From assembly GCA_963704885.1 (NCBI GenBank), contig CAVPIB010000004.1, forward strand, positions 224,001 through 288,000: a stretch of DNA of 64,000 bases. Reading direction: 5' to 3'. This document shows positions 19,278-28,620 of the stretch, piece by piece. The position numbers and the translations under genes are program-made. The notes beneath the pieces were generated by a model. It was not told where the DNA came from. It did not search any database and worked only from the letters and a program-made list of their open reading frames with translations. Source of the stretch: an uncultured Actinomycetes bacterium (GTDB lineage: Bacteria; Actinomycetota; UBA4738; HRBIN12). How positions within the stretch are numbered: the stretch's first letter is position 1; every line of letters starts with the position of its first letter.

Positions 19278-19997
19278 ATGGCGATCAAAGGCAAAGGCAA
19301 GACCAAGGGCCGCGCGCCGGCACGGGCGCCCCGCAGGACGCCGGTCGACGTACCCGTTCCGTTCTTCCTCCGGCGCAGGGTTCAGGTGATCCTGGCTTTC
19401 GTCACCGGCATCCTGGTGATGATGCTGGCGGTGTGGGTCACGAACGGCCTGCGCCAGCAGCGCGAAGACGACCAGAAGAGCGCCGAGGCCGCAGATCAGC
19501 GCGCGGCGGCTCAGGCGTGGAAGGGCGAGGTCGAGGCCACGCTCGGCGCGATCGGAACCCTGAACCAGGAGGCGTCACCCACCGTGCTACCGGCGATCGG
19601 GGACACGATCGCGGCCTTGGACGGAGGTGAGGTGCCGGAAGGCGCCGCTAAGACCCTGCGGACCGCTCAGGACGAAGCCACGGCGGCGAGCGAGGCCATC
19701 CTCGCATATGCGCTGGTCGAGGAGATCCGAAACAAAGGGATGACCGAGGGGCAGGCGAACTACTTCTTGAACTCGCAGGCTCGGATCGCGGAAGCGCTTG
19801 ATCTCTACGGTCAGGCAGCCGTCGTGGCCGCGCTGGCTGCCGTGGCGTCCGATACCGACCGAATACCCCTGGTGAGGCGCGCGAAGAAGCTGGCGGCCTC
19901 CGCCGACCAGATCTTGGCTGAGGGCTGGAGCGACTACCAGCAGGCCCTTCTCTCCGTACAGATCGTCGAGACGCCCGCGCTGCCGACGGGCGGGTAG
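19278..19997 (+). CDS. Hypothetical single-TM protein with helical extracytoplasmic domain
   Basis: Basic N-terminus, one TM, Ala/Glu-rich helices; fills the operon gap. Confidence 0.7.
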   Translation: MAIKGKGKTKGRAPARAPRRTPVDVPVPFFLRRRVQVILAFVTGILVMMLAVWVTNGLRQQREDDQKSAEAADQRAAAQAWKGEVEATLGAIGTLNQEASPTVLPAIGDTIAALDGGEVPEGAAKTLRTAQDEATAASEAILAYALVEEIRNKGMTEGQANYFLNSQARIAEALDLYGQAAVVAALAAVASDTDRIPLVRRAKKLAASADQILAEGWSDYQQALLSVQIVETPALPTGG

Positions 19998-20008
19998 TAG
20001 GGATCGAT

Positions 20009-20923
20009 ATGCCCGCCATGACACCTGTGGTCGTGGTGGCCAACCCGACTTCGGGTCACGGCAAGGGGGGCCGGTTGATCGGCCGGGTGGACAAGGTCTT
20101 GAATGAGATCGGCGTGGAACACGAGATCCGCGTGTCGGGATCCGGACCGGAACTGGAGACCTTCGCACGTGACGCGGGCGAGCAGGGTGCGCGGATCGTG
20201 GCCGTCCTCGGAGGCGACGGGAGCGTAGGTCTGGCCGCCAACGGCGTCTTCGGGACCGGGGCGGCTCTCGCGGTCCTGCCCGCCGGCACGGGCAACGACT
20301 TCGCCAAGGCTATCGGCGCGAGGCGATTGGAGCAGGCTGCCCGCCTGCTCGCCGATCCCGACATCCGCCCGATAGACGTCGTCCGGCTCACGGCCGGCGC
20401 AGAGCATCGCTACTTCGTGAACGTGGCGGGAGCTGGGTTCGACTCCGAGGTCAACGAGACGGCCAACGCCATGCGGGGAGGACTAGGGGCCACGGGCACC
20501 TACGTGGCGGCCGTCATCAAGACCTTGCCGAGGTTCGTGCCCGCCGCCTTCCACATGCAGCTCGACGACCGGTCGCTGGACCTGCACGCGATGCTCGTGG
20601 TGATCGGCAATAGCGTCGCGTACGGTGGGGGTATGAGGATCACACCGACCGCGATACTGAACGACGGCGAGCTCGACGTCTGCATCGTGTCTGCGATGGG
20701 AACCGGCGCCTTCTTGCGGGCGTTCCCTCGGGTCTTCCGTGGGTGGCACACGAACCACCCCAAGGTGACCATGCTCCGCGGGAAACACGTGAAGCTGGAG
20801 GCGGATAGACGGGTTCAGGTCTACGCCGACGGTGAACGAGTGGGGCCGCTGCCGGCTGTTTTCGAGGTTCTGCCGAAGACCCTGCCGATAGTCGTCGGTC
20901 CGGACGCGAGGGCCGTAGGTTGA
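20009..20923 (+). CDS. Diacylglycerol/lipid kinase family (YegS/DagK)
   Basis: NPTSG, GGDGS, PAGTGNDFA, YGGG, ADGE. Confidence 0.9.
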   Translation: MPAMTPVVVVANPTSGHGKGGRLIGRVDKVLNEIGVEHEIRVSGSGPELETFARDAGEQGARIVAVLGGDGSVGLAANGVFGTGAALAVLPAGTGNDFAKAIGARRLEQAARLLADPDIRPIDVVRLTAGAEHRYFVNVAGAGFDSEVNETANAMRGGLGATGTYVAAVIKTLPRFVPAAFHMQLDDRSLDLHAMLVVIGNSVAYGGGMRITPTAILNDGELDVCIVSAMGTGAFLRAFPRVFRGWHTNHPKVTMLRGKHVKLEADRRVQVYADGERVGPLPAVFEVLPKTLPIVVGPDARAVG

Positions 20924-21654
20924 CCGACGGGGTCCTGTTCATCCACGCGTTCCCTCTGGACGCACGCATGTGGGAGCCGCAGATCGGGGCGCTCGCCGAC
21001 GCCGTGCCCGTCGTCACCCCGCACCTCCCCGGGTTCGGGGGGACACAGGGAGAGGATGTGATGAGCATGGACCAGGCGGCCGCGCGTTGCCTGGAGTCGC
21101 TGGATGCGGCAGGAGTGGACCGGGCCGTCGTTTGCGGCCTGTCCATGGGCGGATACGTCTCGCTCGCGCTCTGGCGGATGGCGCCGGAGCGATTCCTGGG
21201 CCTGGTGCTCGCCAACACCCGCGCAGGCGCCGACACCCCGGAGGGCGCCGCCGGCCGTCGTGCTCTCGCGGAGCGACTGCGCGCTGAGGGGAGCGACTTC
21301 TTGGTTGAGAACCCTCCGCCGCTGCTCTCCGACGGCGCCTCGGCGGAGCTCCGTGCCCGGATCCGCGACATGATCGCCGGACAGCCGGCCGGATCCATCG
21401 CCGCGGCGGCTCTGGGGATGGCCGATCGACCGGACTCCACATCCGACCTCCCGACGATCGACGTGCCGACGCTGATCATCACGTCCACTCGGGACGCTCT
21501 GATCCCGCCCGAGGCCACCATGCCTATGGCCGATCTGGTTCCGAACGCCGAACTCTCGATCATCGAAGACGCGGGGCACCTGTCGAACCTAGAGGCGCCC
21601 GAGGCGTTCGATGAGCTGCTCGCCCTCCATCTCGAGCGCTGCTTCGGGGCCTGA
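20920..21654 (+). CDS. Alpha/beta hydrolase
   Basis: HAFP, GLSMGG nucleophile elbow, AGHLSN. Confidence 0.9.
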   Translation: MTDGVLFIHAFPLDARMWEPQIGALADAVPVVTPHLPGFGGTQGEDVMSMDQAAARCLESLDAAGVDRAVVCGLSMGGYVSLALWRMAPERFLGLVLANTRAGADTPEGAAGRRALAERLRAEGSDFLVENPPPLLSDGASAELRARIRDMIAGQPAGSIAAAALGMADRPDSTSDLPTIDVPTLIITSTRDALIPPEATMPMADLVPNAELSIIEDAGHLSNLEAPEAFDELLALHLERCFGA

Positions 21655-21676
21655 AGTCCGCCCGTAGACTGGCCCG

Positions 21677-24331
21677 GTGACCACTCCTGCGGCCTTCGCG
21701 GCCCAGTTCCCGTTCGCCCTGGACGGGTTCCAGCTCACGGCGATCGAGGCGCTCGACGCCGGTCGATCGGTGCTGGTGGCCGCCCCGACGGGCTCCGGGA
21801 AGACAGTGGTGGCCGAGTACGCGATCGAACGGGCCCTGGACAGAGGCGGGAAGGCGTTCTACACAACGCCACTCAAGGCGCTGTCCAACCAGAAGTTCGG
21901 GGATCTGGTGGCCAAGCACGGAGCCGACAGTGTGGGGCTGCTCACGGGCGACAACGCGATCAACTCCGAGGCCTCTGTCGTGGTCATGACCACCGAGGTA
22001 CTCCGCAACATGCTCTATGAGCGCAGCGGCACGCTGGATGGGCTGGTCACGGTCATCATGGACGAGGTCCACTATCTTCAGGATCCGTACCGCGGCGCCG
22101 TGTGGGAGGAGGTGCTGATCCACCTGGCCCTCTCCGCGTCGGTCGTGTGCCTTTCGGCCACCATCTCCAACGCCGAGGAGTTCGGCGACTGGATCCAGAC
22201 GCTCCGGGGTGAGACGACGGTCGTGATCGAGGAGCGACGGCCGGTACCGCTGGAGCATCACTACCTGGTCGGGCGGCGCCTGCACCCTATGCACATCGAA
22301 CAGGACGGCGCCTTGCTGCCGAACCCGTACGTGGTCTCTCTCGATCAGCAGGAGATGCGGATCAAGCACTACAGGCGAGCGAACGGTGGTACGACCCAGG
22401 GTCACCGCAACGACCGGCCCCGCGAGGGACACCGTCGCGTCTACGTCCCCAGGCGTGAGGAGGTCGTGGGGGTGCTGGCGCAGGCCGACATGCTGCCGGC
22501 GATCTACTTCGTGTTCAGCCGCGCTGGGTGCGACCGAAGCGTGCAGTGGATGCGGGACTCGGGGCTGCGGCTCACCACACGGGCAGAGGCCGATCGGATC
22601 CGTGAACGCGCCGAGAGCCGGGCGGCATGGATGGACGATGAAGATCTGGCCACGCTCGGCTTCTACGGATTCCTGGATGGACTCACCGCAGGCGTCGCCG
22701 CCCACCACGCCGGCATGCTGCCCGTCTTCAAGGAGACGGTGGAGGAGCTGTTCGAAGCGGGGTTGGTGAAGGTCGTCTTCGCCACAGAGACCCTCTCGCT
22801 GGGTATCAACATGCCGGCGCGAACCGTTGTGATCGAGGATCTGTGGAAGTTCCAGGGGGAGCGACACGAGATCCTCACCCCAGGCGAGTACACCCAGCTG
22901 ACGGGCCGGGCAGGACGGAGAGGGATCGACGCCCTGGGTCACGCGGTCGTCGTGTACCAACGCCAGGTGCCGTTCGAGCGGGTAGCGGGCCTGGCGGCAA
23001 CCCGCACGTACGATCTCACGTCGTCGTTCCGCCCCTCGTACAACATGGCTGTCAACCTGGTGCGCAACTACACGCCCGAGCAGGCGCACCAGCTGTTGAA
23101 CTCGTCGTTCGCACAGTTCCTGGCCGACAAGGGGGTGGTCGCGCTGCAGCGTCAACGCGAGCGCGATCGAGAGGCACTGGAGGGCTATCGCGGCAACCTC
23201 GTATGTCATCTGGGGGACTTCGACGAGTTCTGGGGCATGCTCACCAAGGCCCAGCATCTTCGCGAAGAGGATCGACGCGGCCATGAGAGGGATCGGGCCG
23301 ATGCGGTCCGGTCAGCGGTGGCAGGTCTGCGCCCCGGCGACGTGATCCACGTACCGCGCGCGAGGCGGCGCGGCCTGGCGGTCGTGCTTTCGTCGAGGGA
23401 TGGTCGGCCCACCGCACTCTCCGAGGATCGGACCTATCTGCGTCTGTCCGCGAAGGACTTCGACGACCCGCCCTCGGTGCTTACCAGGGTGCAGCTTCCT
23501 AGATCGGGGAGCTCGCGCAGCGCTCGGTATCGACGGGACGTGGCCTCGAGGCTGGTGTCGCTGCATATGAAGCGCCCGGGGGAGGCGCCGTACCGAGCCG
23601 ATCCGCAGGTGGAGGCGAAGGCTGCCCGCCTCGAGGCCGAGGCCGCCGAGCATCCGTGTCACGCGTGCCCCGAGAGGAGCAAGCATGAACGGTGGGCCAC
23701 TCGCGCCGACGCCCTCGCGTCGCAGATGAGAGGCGTCGATCGACGGATACAGACCCGCACGGAGACGTTGGGCCGGCAGTTCGACCGGGTCCTGGCCGTC
23801 CTGGAGGCACTCGGTTACGTGAGCGGCTGGACGCTCACGCCGAAAGGCCGGACGCTTGCTCGGATCTACGGAGAGGGCGATCTGTTGGTGGGAGAGTCGT
23901 TGGCCGGCGGTCTGTTCGACGACCTTTCCTCGTCGGAGGTGGCGTCGCTCATCAGTAGCGTGGTCTACGAGTCGCGGGAACGTGTCCCCTCACCCGGCGA
24001 GATGCCGACGGCTCCGACCGATGATCGGTACGAGATCCTCATGCGCACCTACCGTCGGATCCGACGCACCGAGGAGGAGCATCAGGTGGAGTTGAGCCGC
24101 ACGCTGGACGCCGGATTCGCGACGCCGGTGTTCCACTGGGCGGAGGGCGCGCCGCTCGAGCGGGCGTTGGAGGAGACCGAGATGGCTCCCGGTGACTTCG
24201 TGCGGAACTGCAAGCAGCTGGTCGATCTGCTCCGCCAGATCGAGGAGGTCGCCGAGCCTCCGACGGCGGCCCTCCTTCGCGATGCGCGTGCCGCGGTTCT
24301 CCATGGCGTCGTCGCCTACACGGGGCTGTAG
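21677..24331 (+). CDS. helY: Ski2-like DEAD/DEAH RNA helicase HelY
   Basis: APTGSGKT, PLKALSNQK, DEVH, LSAT, QLTGRAGRRG, DSHCT-like tail. Confidence 0.92.
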   Translation: MTTPAAFAAQFPFALDGFQLTAIEALDAGRSVLVAAPTGSGKTVVAEYAIERALDRGGKAFYTTPLKALSNQKFGDLVAKHGADSVGLLTGDNAINSEASVVVMTTEVLRNMLYERSGTLDGLVTVIMDEVHYLQDPYRGAVWEEVLIHLALSASVVCLSATISNAEEFGDWIQTLRGETTVVIEERRPVPLEHHYLVGRRLHPMHIEQDGALLPNPYVVSLDQQEMRIKHYRRANGGTTQGHRNDRPREGHRRVYVPRREEVVGVLAQADMLPAIYFVFSRAGCDRSVQWMRDSGLRLTTRAEADRIRERAESRAAWMDDEDLATLGFYGFLDGLTAGVAAHHAGMLPVFKETVEELFEAGLVKVVFATETLSLGINMPARTVVIEDLWKFQGERHEILTPGEYTQLTGRAGRRGIDALGHAVVVYQRQVPFERVAGLAATRTYDLTSSFRPSYNMAVNLVRNYTPEQAHQLLNSSFAQFLADKGVVALQRQRERDREALEGYRGNLVCHLGDFDEFWGMLTKAQHLREEDRRGHERDRADAVRSAVAGLRPGDVIHVPRARRRGLAVVLSSRDGRPTALSEDRTYLRLSAKDFDDPPSVLTRVQLPRSGSSRSARYRRDVASRLVSLHMKRPGEAPYRADPQVEAKAARLEAEAAEHPCHACPERSKHERWATRADALASQMRGVDRRIQTRTETLGRQFDRVLAVLEALGYVSGWTLTPKGRTLARIYGEGDLLVGESLAGGLFDDLSSSEVASLISSVVYESRERVPSPGEMPTAPTDDRYEILMRTYRRIRRTEEEHQVELSRTLDAGFATPVFHWAEGAPLERALEETEMAPGDFVRNCKQLVDLLRQIEEVAEPPTAALLRDARAAVLHGVVAYTGL

Positions 24332-24336
24332 CTACG

Positions 24337-25278
24337 ATGCGCAGCGTGACGAAGAGCCCGTTCGGCCCGCTGGCGGTGATCGCCAATCCCCACGCGGGAG
24401 CCGGACGCGTCGGGCGGGAGCTCCCGGCCGTGGAGCGAGAGCTAACCGCCATCGGGCTCGACTACTCGCTGGCCGTGACGGCGGGGCCCGGCCACGCGAC
24501 ACGGCTGGCGACGGCTGCCATGGACGAAGGGGTGCGCTATCTGGTGGCGGTGGGTGGTGACGGAACCGTCCAGGAGGTCGTGAACGGCATGTTCCGCGAC
24601 GGTCGCCCGATCGTCGACGAGCCGGTCCTGGGAGTGGTTCCGGCGCATTCCGGATGCGACCTGGTGCGGAGCTTCGGCTTGCCCGGCGACGTGGACGCCG
24701 CATGCGGTCACCTGGCTGGAGAGAACACCTACCCGTTCGACGTGATGAAGGTGGCCTACACCGATACAGGCGGCGAGCGCCGGATCCGCTACAGCGTGAA
24801 CCTGGCTGAGATCGGCTTCGGTGCAGCGGTGATGCGCAGAACGGCACGCATGCCGGCCTGGCTCGGCCGGACGAGGTCGTTCTTGGCGTTCTGGTCGACC
24901 TACACGCGAACCAGGGTGCGCGACGTGCGGATCGAGGCCGACCGGAGCACGTACGAAGGTCCCGCTTTCAACGTGATCGTGGGCAACGCGCAGTTCGCGT
25001 CCGGCGGACTACGCCTGTCGCCCAGGTCGTTCCCCGGGGACGGCGTGCTCGACGTTCTGGTGTTCGAAGGCCCCCGCTCCGACGCCTACACGTTGCTCCC
25101 GAGGATCTTCCGCCACGGCGACCATATCCCGGACCCACGGATCCGCGAGATACGAGCCAGGATCCGCATGGCGATCGAGGCCGAGCGTCCGCTCCCGATC
25201 GTCGCCGACGGGGAGCTCCTGGGCACCACGCCGGCGTCGTTCCAGATCGTGCCTCGCTCGATACTGCTGAAGCTATGA
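24337..25278 (+). CDS. Second diacylglycerol/lipid kinase family protein (true start may be GTG 24346)
   Basis: NPHAG, GGDGT, SGCDL, ADGE. Confidence 0.85.
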   Translation: MRSVTKSPFGPLAVIANPHAGAGRVGRELPAVERELTAIGLDYSLAVTAGPGHATRLATAAMDEGVRYLVAVGGDGTVQEVVNGMFRDGRPIVDEPVLGVVPAHSGCDLVRSFGLPGDVDAACGHLAGENTYPFDVMKVAYTDTGGERRIRYSVNLAEIGFGAAVMRRTARMPAWLGRTRSFLAFWSTYTRTRVRDVRIEADRSTYEGPAFNVIVGNAQFASGGLRLSPRSFPGDGVLDVLVFEGPRSDAYTLLPRIFRHGDHIPDPRIREIRARIRMAIEAERPLPIVADGELLGTTPASFQIVPRSILLKL

Positions 25279-26381
25279 GCGCCGATCACGCTGCCCGTCG
25301 CCAGCGGCTCGCGGCCGTCGCCGCCGAAGAAGGATTGGACGCCGTCGTGGTGACGCCCTCTCCCGACCTGACGTATCTGGCGGGCTATGACCCCATGCTC
25401 ATGGAACGGCTAACGCTCCTCATCGTGAGCTCCGCTGGCGACGCGCTGCTGGTGGTGCCCGAGCTGGAGCGGCCGCTGGCGATCGACTCGCTCGTCGGCA
25501 AGAGCCTGGATGCGGATCGGATAGTGGGTTGGCGAGACGGGGTCGATCCTTACGAGATCGTCGCGGATGCTCTTCCGCGATCGGGCCGGGTTGCGGTGGG
25601 GGACCGGACCTGGGCCTCTCATGTGCTTGAGCTTCAGCGCGTGGCTCCGGGGCTGCAGTTCCAGGCGGCGTCCCCGACCATCGCCCGCCTCCGTTCCGTG
25701 AAGGACGAAGACGAGCTCGCGGCGCTCCGTCGTGCCGGCAGGGGTGCCGACGAAACCTTCCGGGCGATCTGCGGGATGCGGTTCCTGGGACGACGCGAGG
25801 AGGAGATCGCCGCCGACCTGGCCGAGCTCCTGGTGACCAACGGGCACACCCGCGCGGACTTCACGATCGTGGCGAGCGGCCCGAACTCGGCTTCGCCGCA
25901 TCACGAGCCCGGTGGCCGAACGATCCTCCCGCACGATGCCGTTGTGCTCGACTTCGGGGGCGAGCTGGCCGGGTACTACTCGGACACGACCCGTACCGTA
26001 GTGGTCGGGGAGCCCCCGGCCGGGTTCCCCGACGTGTTCGCAGTCGTCCTCGCGGCCCAGGAGGCAGCAGTCCAGGCCGTCCGCCCGGGTGTGATGGCTC
26101 AAGAGATCGATCGGGTCGCCCGCCTCATCATCGACGACGCCGGGTTCGGCGAGCGATTCTTCCACCGGACCGGTCATGGGATAGGCCTGGAGGTTCATGA
26201 GCCGCCCTACATCATCGAGGGGAACGAGACGGTACTCGAGCAGGGGATGACGTTCTCAGTGGAGCCGGGGATCTACCTGGAGGGAACGTTCGGGGTGCGG
26301 ATCGAGGACATCGTGGTGGTGACGGCCGACGGTGTCGAGCGCCTGAACCGCTCGTCTCGGGAGCTCCACGTCGTCGACTGA
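25275..26381 (+). CDS. Xaa-Pro peptidase (M24B)
   Basis: DFGG, SDTTRT, HRTGHGIGLEVHE, EPGIY, GVRIED. Confidence 0.92.
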   Translation: MSADHAARRQRLAAVAAEEGLDAVVVTPSPDLTYLAGYDPMLMERLTLLIVSSAGDALLVVPELERPLAIDSLVGKSLDADRIVGWRDGVDPYEIVADALPRSGRVAVGDRTWASHVLELQRVAPGLQFQAASPTIARLRSVKDEDELAALRRAGRGADETFRAICGMRFLGRREEEIAADLAELLVTNGHTRADFTIVASGPNSASPHHEPGGRTILPHDAVVLDFGGELAGYYSDTTRTVVVGEPPAGFPDVFAVVLAAQEAAVQAVRPGVMAQEIDRVARLIIDDAGFGERFFHRTGHGIGLEVHEPPYIIEGNETVLEQGMTFSVEPGIYLEGTFGVRIEDIVVVTADGVERLNRSSRELHVVD

Positions 26382-26390
26382 CGAGCGGAC

Positions 26391-26411
26391 GCTAGTCTGA
26401 AGCGGACTAGT
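26391..26411 (+). repeat. 21-bp imperfect palindrome GCTAGTCTG-NNN-CGGACTAGT, copy 1
   Basis: 18/21 identical to the reverse complement of 43440-43460. Confidence 0.6.
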
Positions 26412-27798
26412 CCCGCGGGCGGACCTTTGTTCCCTCGGCGGTGTCCATGACCTCCAACCCCAAGGCCGTGAGCCGATCCCGGATCTGGTCCGATGCCTCG
26501 AAATCCTTCACGGCGCGAGCCTTATCGCGTTCGTCCATGAGGGCGCGCAGCTCGCCGTTCGGCTCCCAAAAGGTGGTGGCCTCGCGCTCAAGATCCAGGC
26601 CAAGCACCTGGTCCCACGACGCCAACAGCCCGTACTTCTCGGCATCGGGAACGTCGGGGGAGCGGACCATGTCGTTCACCACGACGACGGCCGCCGGCAT
26701 GTCCAGGTCGGTAGCGATCGCCGTCCGGAAGCGGTCGTCGGAACTGGCCGCCGCCTCGCCGAGGTCGGTCGCTCCCGGCGCCCACCCCGCCATACGCCGG
26801 CGCAACTGCTTCACGCGATCGTCGGCGTCCTTCATGGCGTCCCATGTGAAGTCCATCTCGCTGCGGTAGCGCGTCTGGAACGTGAGCCAGCGGAACGACA
26901 GGGCATCCATCCCTTGCTCGATCAGATCAGGCACGCGCACGACGTTTCCGGTTGACTTCGCGATCTTCTGACCCGACAGCCGGAGGTGACCGCCGTGAAC
27001 CCACACCGAGATGACCTGATGTCCCACCGCGCCCTCGGACTGCGCGATCTCGTCCTCGTGATGGGGGAAGCGCAGGTCGCTGCCCCCGGTGTGGATGTCG
27101 AAACGATCGCCGAGGTACTTCATGGACATGGCCGAGCACTCGATGTGCCACCCGGGGAACCCGTCTCCCCAGGGAGAGGCCCACTTCATCACGCGTCCGG
27201 GCCCGGCCGACTTCCAGAGCGCGAAATCGGCATCGTTGCGCTTGCGCGGATCGGTCTCGAGGTCTCGGTGTCCCGCCTTCAGGTTGTCGAGGGTGTTGCC
27301 CGAGAGTTTGCCGTAGCCCTGGAACGACGTCACGTCGAAGTAGACCGATCCCGTGTCGACGACGTACGCATGGCCGCGCTCGATCAGTCGCTCGGTCATC
27401 GCGATCATCTCCGGGATGTGCTCGGTTGCCTTGGGCAGGACGGTGGGCACGCGTATGCCCAGCGCGGCCATGTCCTCCAGCGCGGCCTTCGTGTACTTCG
27501 CGGCGATCTCCAGCGGCTGCAACCCTTCGTCCTCCATCGCCAGGAGCATCTTGTCGACCGCCTCGGCGGAGGATTCGTCGGTCATGTGGCCAACGTCGGT
27601 GATGTTCATGACCTGCGTGACGTCGTAGCCTTCGAACTCCAGGCCGCGCACGATCAGGTCGCCCAGCATGAACGTGCGGAGGTTGCCCAGGTGGACGAAG
27701 CGGTACACGGTTGGACCGCAGGAGTACATGCGGACGTGTCGATCGTCGACCGGAACGACCTCGTCCACCTGACGCGTGAGGGTGTTGTACAGCCGCAT
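26407..27798 (-). CDS. cysS: Cysteinyl-tRNA synthetase
   Basis: MRLYNTLTR, CGPTVY, HLGN, DFALWK, PGWHIECSAM, KIAKS; start reassigned to ATG 27798. Confidence 0.96.
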   Translation of the reverse strand: MRLYNTLTRQVDEVVPVDDRHVRMYSCGPTVYRFVHLGNLRTFMLGDLIVRGLEFEGYDVTQVMNITDVGHMTDESSAEAVDKMLLAMEDEGLQPLEIAAKYTKAALEDMAALGIRVPTVLPKATEHIPEMIAMTERLIERGHAYVVDTGSVYFDVTSFQGYGKLSGNTLDNLKAGHRDLETDPRKRNDADFALWKSAGPGRVMKWASPWGDGFPGWHIECSAMSMKYLGDRFDIHTGGSDLRFPHHEDEIAQSEGAVGHQVISVWVHGGHLRLSGQKIAKSTGNVVRVPDLIEQGMDALSFRWLTFQTRYRSEMDFTWDAMKDADDRVKQLRRRMAGWAPGATDLGEAAASSDDRFRTAIATDLDMPAAVVVVNDMVRSPDVPDAEKYGLLASWDQVLGLDLEREATTFWEPNGELRALMDERDKARAVKDFEASDQIRDRLTALGLEVMDTAEGTKVRPRD

Positions 27799-28024
27799 AA
27801 GCGGCCAGGATACCCCGGAGCCTGAGGTAGCTCCCCTACTCCTTGTCCATGTCCGGCCGCACGGGTGTGTCGGCCAGATGTTGTGGTGATGGCGCTGCGG
27901 TGGGCGGCATCGCGGAGTCCGCCGGGTTCGGCGGGATAGGCACCGCGATCCCTCGACGCGACACCGCCGTGCTCCTTGTGAGCCCGCAGCGCGGCGGTGT
28001 TGAGTTCTCGAGACCAGGAACGCT

Positions 28025-28468
28025 CTAGGTGGGCAGGGGGCGGCCCTCGAACGGGATCGAGAGCGCGATCGTGGTGCGGGTGGCCACCCCTGCCTTCTCA
28101 CGCAGCCTGCGGATCAGATCCTCCAGATCGCCGGTCGTCTTCGTCCGCACCTTGAGTATGTAGCTGGCCTCACCGGCCACGCTCAGGCAGTCCTCCACCT
28201 CCGGGAACTCCGCTACCCGCTCGGGCAGGTCGTCGGGTTGCTGTGGGTCGAGCGGAGTTGCCGCGATGAGTGCGGTGACGAAGAGCCCCAAGGCATGTGG
28301 GTCGACCTCGGCCCGGTAGCTGCGGATGACACCGGACTGCTCCAGCTTGCGCACTCGCTCGTGAACGGCGGATGTCGACATACCCACGCGCGCCGCGACA
28401 TCTGCATAGGTCGCCCGGGCGTCCATCTGGAGCGCCGCGATGATGTCCAGGTCGCGCTCATCCAGCAC
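28025..28468 (-). CDS. Lrp/AsnC family transcriptional regulator
   Basis: LDERD..II..L..DAR, HTH, C-terminal RAM domain (SVAGE); TATGAT -10 6 nt before GTG 28468. Confidence 0.9.
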   Translation of the reverse strand: MLDERDLDIIAALQMDARATYADVAARVGMSTSAVHERVRKLEQSGVIRSYRAEVDPHALGLFVTALIAATPLDPQQPDDLPERVAEFPEVEDCLSVAGEASYILKVRTKTTGDLEDLIRRLREKAGVATRTTIALSIPFEGRPLPT

Positions 28469-28620
28469 GCCGTCATCATAGGGGAGTCGTCGGTGGCGGC
28501 CGGGGGACACGCGCGGGGGACGATCGTGGCTCGGGTCGGCCGATTGTGCCCGGCGCCCCTCTGCCGTTAGCGTGCGCTTCCTCGAGCCTCCCTCTTAAGA
28601 CGCACGACGAGGGAGGGTTG

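Noticed and set aside
27799-28024. T-box leader for cysS
   Set aside because: No T-box consensus (TGGNACCGCG) on the minus strand; a -10 lies immediately before the ATG.
27843-28028. 61-aa plus-strand ORF between cysS and lrp
   Set aside because: No RBS or recognisable features; the minus-strand sORF or an RNA explains the region better.
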